From: an uncultured virus (IMG/VR IMGVR_UViG_2049941000_000100)
Taxonomy: Duplodnaviria; Heunggongvirae; Uroviricota; Caudoviricetes
Virus record (IMG/VR): IMGVR_UViG_2049941000_000100
Length of the DNA: 64,000 nucleotides
Reading direction: 5' to 3' (one strand)
Every line of letters begins with the position of its first letter. Positions within the stretch are counted from its first letter, which is position 1. The position numbers were made by a program, and so were the translations under genes. The notes under the pieces were generated by a model that was not told where the DNA came from, did no database searches, and saw only the letters and a program-made list of their open reading frames with translations. This document shows positions 58,440-64,000 of the stretch, in pieces.

Positions 58440-58664
58440 TTAATCAGGTATATTCTCACGTATTTCCTCCTTTTTTAAATGGACATCAAGTCTTAAAATT
58501 TCTTCGGTTTCTGCATCCCTTTCATAATCAACGCGATAGATTGTCCATTTTTTACTAAGTAATTCTAAAATTTTCTCATTTTGGATTTCTATTTCTGTAA
58601 TAGTATCTTTTGGAAGATAAGTAGTATAATATAAAGTATGCCCTTTAGTTCCATTTTTCATCAT
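58440..58664 (-). CDS. Hypothetical protein
   Basis: AGGAG RBS; 74-codon frame. Confidence 0.6.
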   Translation of the reverse strand: MMKNGTKGHTLYYTTYLPKDTITEIEIQNEKILELLSKKWTIYRVDYERDAETEEILRLDVHLKKEEIRENIPD

Positions 58665-58883
58665 TATATATTTATCTCCTAAGTTCTACTAATTGTATAC
58701 TATCTAATTTTTGTTTTAAGTGATGCGCGGCTTCTTCGTTCCAAGCATTATAGGATTCTATTGTCATTAGAGCTTCGGTTAAATCGGCTATAAGTTTATC
58801 CTAGCACTTAGGGTATAGGCGCGCCTAGTATGGACAATTATCGCAAGGCTAGTTATTATCTGTACATCGTAAACCTATATCAA

Positions 58884-59360
58884 TTAACTTCTCATACATT
58901 CGGCGGCACCTCGTTTTGCGAGTTTATCTACTAATTCATTTTGTTCAATTCCTTGATGACCGGCGCATTTAATAAACATAATATCGAAGTCGTCGAAATA
59001 TGGAATTAAAATTTCCCATAAATCTTTATTAGCAACGGGCTTTTTACTACTATTTACCCATCCGTTATTCTTCCAATTTTTATACCAGCCTTCATTATAG
59101 CAGTTTATAAGATATGCGCTGTCGCTAATTATATGAATACATTTCGTTTTTCCGTAGAAGGCGCGCGCCGCTTCAATTCCTTTAATAGCGGCCATAAGTT
59201 CCATTCGATTATTAGTAGTTCCGGCTTCTCCACCATAACCACTCACAACGGCACCTTCTAAATCAAGAAACATATAGGCCCATCCACCGCGCGCCTTAGA
59301 TGTCCCATTTGCGCTCGTCGCACCATCAGTATAAACTTCAATAAAATCTTTCTTACTCAT
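58884..59360 (-). CDS. rnhA: Ribonuclease HI
   Basis: YTDGA, TTNNRMELMA, SDSAY, PVANKDLW, GHQG..NELVDKLA. Confidence 0.95.
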   Translation of the reverse strand: MSKKDFIEVYTDGATSANGTSKARGGWAYMFLDLEGAVVSGYGGEAGTTNNRMELMAAIKGIEAARAFYGKTKCIHIISDSAYLINCYNEGWYKNWKNNGWVNSSKKPVANKDLWEILIPYFDDFDIMFIKCAGHQGIEQNELVDKLAKRGAAECMRS

Positions 59361-59697
59361 TTATATATTCCCAAACTTCTTTCCAAATTTCGTGCGGCGC
59401 GCCCTGTGCGTCTGATATATCATCTAACCACTCATTTACATGACGACCACTTTCATTATTACGCATACGACCAAATAATTTATTTTTAAATAAAGAGTTA
59501 TATTCTCTTAAAATATGAATATATTGCCATAACCCACAATCTAATACTACTTTGGTTTGATGCATCTGACTTACTGTAATTGCCATTTTTATACATATCT
59601 TAGACTCAATATTATCTGCGACACCTGTAATATAAATATTATTATTATGCCGCTGCGCTTCTCCCCACATATTAATATATAATATATNNNNNNNNNN

Positions 59698-60649
59698 TGG
59701 GCCAGACGTTTTATATATAAAAAAGTAGTTATTCGCGCTTGGGATGTACGACAGTAAAATAAAACGCATTATAAGTAATAAATTTCGTGTAGATAGTGTA
59801 AATGCTACTAAAAATTTTTAGAATACTTATGATAGTATAAATGAAGGTCCTTTAGAAGTTACTGGGACTATATATGAAGCGTGCTGGGATGCGATTGAAG
59901 CCGCGGTAAGAGGCGAAATAAAACCAAAAGATGACCCGACACCGTCTCCAGAGCCAACTCCAGAACCGACTCCTACTCCTACTCCTACGCCTAGTGGTCT
60001 TTTAGATTCTTATACTTGGATTACTCCTTCTAAGCGAAAAGTAATAGAATAGGACTTACTAGAAACTTGTGAAATGCGGCGTAATATATGTCTTGAAATA
60101 CTTAAATATGCGTTTGACCCAGATTTACGTGCTGGGAATGATGTAAGAGCTTTATATATGTGGGGCGGCAATTTATATAATACCGATTTAAAACTTAATA
60201 TTGCGACTAAAGCTAAGATAGAAGTTGGTGCGAAGCGCTATCCAGACAAATATAATGGCGGGCGAAAAGAATGGATGTTAAGTGAGGTAGAAAAAAATCC
60301 AAATTTAGCTGCTTCTGATTGTAGTGGAATGGAAGTAGGTTGGCTTCGTAAGTTTAAATTAACTAGTAATAAATTTGACTAGAACGCAAATAGCTTGGGT
60401 AGTACTTAGTTTTCAGCTAAATGTAGTAAAGAGGAAGCTTAGCCAGGTACATTCGCGCATAGAGACGGCCATTTAGGGACTTACGTCGGCGGCGGATATA
60501 TTGTTGAGTTCGTGGGCGGCGCATATGGATGTTAGTTAACTGCGCGCGACAAGCGTAAAGTATGGAATTTCGTTGAAGGTAGAACTTAGACGATGAGTGC
60601 GTGGCAAGATTATTGGAATTTTAAGGAGCTTTTAAAGTATGACAGTTAA
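59698..60649 (+). CDS. NlpC/P60-type endolysin with Pro/Thr linker, 5' end in gap (TAG=Gln)
   Basis: PTPSPEPTPEPTPTPTP linker; SDCSG..GHLGTYVGGGYIVE; reads through several TAG codons to TAA. Confidence 0.85.
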
Positions 60650-60992
60650 AGACGATTTCATTAAAAAAGTTTTAATTTGTATGTTTGTCTTTCTTACAAT
60701 TTTTACTATCGGAATGATAATTATTTTCCTTTAGACTGGAAGTACTCCTGATACTTTGATTGTAGCAGTTTTTGGTGCTTGCATGGGAGAATATTCTATC
60801 TGCGGTATTATTAAGAGGACAAAAGAGAAAGAAAAGACTGAAAGGATGAAGGAAGGGTTTGTAGAAGACCCGGAGAAATACTTCGAAGATGAAGTAGAAG
60901 AAACTGATGTAGGCGGCACAGTATTTGAGCCATTAAGTTCGTACTTAAGTACTGCGCATGAAGAAGATATAGAATAGGAGGCTATTGATTAA
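60639..60992 (+). CDS. Two-TM holin-like membrane protein (TAG=Gln)
   Basis: AGGAG RBS; two hydrophobic helices; its TAA overlaps the next ATG (TAATG) only when TAG 60975 is read through. Confidence 0.75.
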
Positions 60993-61420
60993 TGGATACT
61001 GAATTTTTGTATGATTTATTTGTACAGTTTGCTCCTCAGATTATTGAACTTATAATTCTTGTAGTTGGTATTTTAATTGTAAATGGACTTCGTAAACAAG
61101 GTGCAAATAAAGAACAAATTGCTTTAGTGGAGGAAGCTTATGCGATTCTTTCGAGGGCGGCGCGCACAACTAACCAAGTATGGGTAGAGGCCATTAAAGA
61201 GGCCGGCGGGAAACTTTCTGAAGAGGAGGCAGCTAAGGCCAGAGCAGATACAATTAGGGTATTTAAAGAAATGATTACTGAATCTATGGTATTTGCTATT
61301 GAGAAGCTTTATGGGTCCGTTGATAAGTGGATTGAACTGAACCTTGAGAGCGCGGTTAATGAAGTTAAAGATGTTTTTCTTGTAGCGGAAGACTATGAGA
61401 TAGAAGAAGAGGGAGAATAA
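60992..61420 (+). CDS. Holin-like protein (LL-H-like: one TM plus soluble domain)
   Basis: Hydrophobic N-terminus, TNQVWVEAIK..WIELNLESAVNEVK; follows the endolysin. Confidence 0.7.
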   Translation: MDTEFLYDLFVQFAPQIIELIILVVGILIVNGLRKQGANKEQIALVEEAYAILSRAARTTNQVWVEAIKEAGGKLSEEEAAKARADTIRVFKEMITESMVFAIEKLYGSVDKWIELNLESAVNEVKDVFLVAEDYEIEEEGE

Positions 61421-61562
61421 ATTTTAAGGTTTTTAAAACTTGAAAATTTTATAAAATTATAGTATTTGCGTGCGGGCGCGCGTATATTNNNNNNNNNNAA
61501 AGTTAGATTTTAACTTTCTCTTTTTTTATCTTAAATCAAATTTTAAAAATTTATTTTTAATT

Positions 61563-61591
61563 TTGAAAAGCTTTAAAATTTATGCTATAAT
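61563..61591 (+). promoter_or_regulatory. Sigma-A promoter with extended -10
   Basis: TTGAAA-N17-TATAAT with TGc before the -10 box. Confidence 0.8.
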
Positions 61592-61667
61592 TATTATAGA
61601 ATAAAAAAAGATATTTACGGCAAATATTTATGGCGCAAATAAAAAATATCTTGTAGAAGGAGAATTT

Positions 61668-63155
61668 ATGAATAAGTTTACGAATGCGATTAAAGAAACT
61701 ACTTCCCAGAAGCTGACGGAGAATGGAGCCTTTGCGTATAATACTACGGAAAGTGACCTTTTGGATTTGTTTGCGGAGATTGGTGCGTTGCGCCCGAGAA
61801 CTGAGGCGGAAATTACTGAAAAGTTCGAGAGAGCTTTTAAGGAAGATGCGACTCTCGCTATGCGTATGGCTTTCTATGCGCGTGACGTAAGATTCGGCGG
61901 ACTCGGTGAGCGCCGGACGTTCCGTATTATCCTTAAGTGGATTTGCGAAAATTATCCGGAACTTGCTACGGCTAATATTCCGAATATTACTACTTTCGGT
62001 CGTTTCGATGACCTCTATACTTATGTTGGTACAGAGGCAGAAGAGGCTATGTGGAAGTATATGTATACGACTCTTACAAATGACTATGAGCGTATGCTTG
62101 AGGGTAAGCCGATTTCTCTTCTTGCTAAGTGGCTGAAGTCCATTAATACCTCTAGCCGTGAATCTCGTAAGCTCGCTCGCCTTACGCTTAAGAACCTCGG
62201 CTTCCATAACGAACGCCATTATCGTAAGGTTTTGGCTCGTATGAGGGATTACCTTAATGTAGTTGAAAATCGTATGAGCGCGCAGGAGTGGGATAAGATT
62301 AACTATTCTCAGGTTCCGGCTTATGCGATTAAGAACTATGGTAGCGCTTTTGCAAAGCATGATTACGAGCGGTGGAACCAGTACCTTAAGGACTTGCAGA
62401 AGGGTACTACTAAGGTTAATGCGAGTACTTTGTATCCGTATGATTTGGTTCACCAGTATATGGATAAGTACTATGGTGATAGCTATGGTCCTAATACTCT
62501 TACCGAAGCCCAGTGGAAGGCTCTACCGGATTATGTGGGTGATGGTGCTAATGTAATGGTTATGGCTGATGTTAGCGGTTCGATGATGGGGCGTCCGATG
62601 GAAACTTCGATTGGTCTTGCGGCGTACTTCGCGCAGCGTAACCATGGTCCGTTTGCGGGTCTTTTCCTTACGTTTACCGACATTCCTCGGTACATCCATG
62701 TGCGGAGTGATGATAAGCTCTATACTATGATTAATAAGATTCGTCAGAACGTCGGTTATAATACCAATTTGGATAAGGCTTTTAATCTTATTTTGGATAC
62801 GGCTCTTAATAATCACGTTCCTCAAGAGGACTTACCTCGCGCGCTTGTAGTTGTCTCTGATATGGAGATTGACTCCTATGTGAGATACCATGGGTTAGAT
62901 TTCGTTAAGACTTGGAGAGAGCGGTTTAAGGCGTATGGGTATGAGCTTCCTCAGCTTGTACTCTGGAATGTGGAGGCGCGCAACGATACGTTCCTTACGA
63001 AGATGGCGACTAAGGGAGTTACTTTCCTTTCTGGTCAGAGTGCATCTACGTTCAGAAGCCTTATCGATACGTTGAACTGTAAGAGTGCGTATGAGGCAAT
63101 GGTGAAGGTTCTTATGAACCCCGCCTATGACGTAGTAGTTACTAAGGTAGCATAA
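61668..63155 (+). CDS. DUF2828 / TROVE-like protein with C-terminal vWA domain
   Basis: TENGA, FYARDVR.GGLGERRTFR, GRFDDL, SLLAKWL, MIDAS DVSGSM, VVSDMEID, LWNV. Confidence 0.85.
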   Translation: MNKFTNAIKETTSQKLTENGAFAYNTTESDLLDLFAEIGALRPRTEAEITEKFERAFKEDATLAMRMAFYARDVRFGGLGERRTFRIILKWICENYPELATANIPNITTFGRFDDLYTYVGTEAEEAMWKYMYTTLTNDYERMLEGKPISLLAKWLKSINTSSRESRKLARLTLKNLGFHNERHYRKVLARMRDYLNVVENRMSAQEWDKINYSQVPAYAIKNYGSAFAKHDYERWNQYLKDLQKGTTKVNASTLYPYDLVHQYMDKYYGDSYGPNTLTEAQWKALPDYVGDGANVMVMADVSGSMMGRPMETSIGLAAYFAQRNHGPFAGLFLTFTDIPRYIHVRSDDKLYTMINKIRQNVGYNTNLDKAFNLILDTALNNHVPQEDLPRALVVVSDMEIDSYVRYHGLDFVKTWRERFKAYGYELPQLVLWNVEARNDTFLTKMATKGVTFLSGQSASTFRSLIDTLNCKSAYEAMVKVLMNPAYDVVVTKVA

Positions 63156-63160
63156 GTTAT

Positions 63161-63358
63161 ATGAAAAATCTTATTGTTCTCCATGAAGATTTTGGTAAAG
63201 AGGAGCCAATAACTTTATATATTGACCCCTCTTTTGTAACTTATGTAAGAAAGGCTATTTTAAACGATAATACTTATATTCATTTTTCGGATGGCCATTC
63301 AATAACAGTAACGGAAAATATTAATTACGTTTATCAAAAAATTTGGGAAATTAATTAA
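63161..63358 (+). CDS. Small FlbD-like hypothetical protein
   Basis: LYIDPSFVTYV..TYIHFSDGHSITVTENINYVYQKI. Confidence 0.6.
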   Translation: MKNLIVLHEDFGKEEPITLYIDPSFVTYVRKAILNDNTYIHFSDGHSITVTENINYVYQKIWEIN

Positions 63359-63546
63359 TATGGAAGATAAGTCTTATACTTTTTCTAATTGGGAACGAAA
63401 ATTTATTAGAGATATGGTTAATTATTTAAGGAAAAATGGAGTCCTTATTTATGACGAAAGTAATCGATATAGGGGCGCGGAGGCTATTTTGGCGGAAGTG
63501 CGCGCGAAATTTGAAAATTCTTAAATTTTATGATANNNNNNNNNNT

Positions 63547-63819
63547 AGTTTCGATGGATTGTCCCTTGCGGAGCAGGATAGACTTTATAGAGTCCTTGGA
63601 AGTGTTCTTTCCCAGGATTTGAAAGACCATATGAATATTAAGGTTACGGATTTGATTGGTGGCATGCATGATATTTTTTCTAATAAAGGTGTGCGGCCAG
63701 ATGGTATTATTTGTGATAATTGTCCGTATGTAGATTGCGCGGACTGTAAACTTTGGAAGAAAGTAGTAGAACTAAATAAAGAGAAAGAAGAGAAGGAGAA
63801 GAATAGTTCTAATGGATAA
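63547..63819 (+). CDS. Hypothetical protein with Cys cluster, 5' end in gap
   Basis: ICDNCPYVDCADC; TAA end. Confidence 0.55.
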   Translation, partial: SFDGLSLAEQDRLYRVLGSVLSQDLKDHMNIKVTDLIGGMHDIFSNKGVRPDGIICDNCPYVDCADCKLWKKVVELNKEKEEKEKNSSNG

Positions 63820-64000
63820 TAGTTCTTATCGTTATAATGTTGACCCTGAGAAGGGTGTTACGGCTTGTATCGTAAAGCATAGAGACTTTGAAGAACTCGT
63901 TGAGGATTATGCGCTAAATAAGGTTTTTCGTATTATTGCGAATAATAAGGCGCGCCGTATTGGTTTGAATAACTTGGCACATAGTGTACTTAATAATTAT

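Noticed and set aside
61557..62453. Long antisense ORFs (also 45875..46495, 27783..28438, 51567..51938, 10345..10734)
   Set aside because: Shadows of real genes on the opposite strand, with no RBS or recognisable motifs.
1..64000. tRNA (including amber suppressor) or rRNA genes
   Set aside because: No cloverleaf or T-loop signature recognised by eye in the intergenic regions. They may lie in gaps or outside the window; tRNAscan-SE or ARAGORN would settle it.

Overview
A gappy, partly mis-ordered scaffold from a large AT-rich tailed phage, probably infecting an anaerobic Firmicute (inferred from sigma-A-type promoters, strong GGAGG ribosome-binding sites and a class III RNR). The genome reads TAG as Gln (genetic code 15), so the supplied ORF track breaks many genes into pieces. 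Re-read with TAG=Q, the window holds: tail and virion-decoration genes (1-6 kb, 43.6-56.7 kb), including two BspA-type LRR proteins and an embedded GT2 glycosyltransferase; a 5-gene operon of unknown function (6.2-8.2 kb); a minus-strand nucleotide-metabolism and replication block (RuvC-like resolvase, dUTPase, ThyX-like protein, glyA, nrdDG, dnaE, RecJ-like nuclease, primase, DnaB, AAA ATPase, SSB-like protein, gyrA, gyrB with a group I intron); several homing-type endonucleases; DenV-like glycosylase, UvrD-like helicase, DNA ligase and RNase H; a lysis cassette; and a DUF2828/TROVE-like vWA gene. The most interesting unexplained signals are: (i) two covarying copies of a three-way-junction RNA whose loop pairs with the Shine-Dalgarno region of the downstream gene; (ii) a four-copy TWTATA-N17-CTACTTA promoter-like motif; (iii) mosaic 66-bp LRR cassettes shared by two paralogues; (iv) a stop-containing 6-nt insertion in a kinase P-loop; (v) strong GCGCGC enrichment with GATC avoidance. 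Product calls come from motif recognition by eye, not database searches. Adjacency across N gaps is unreliable.
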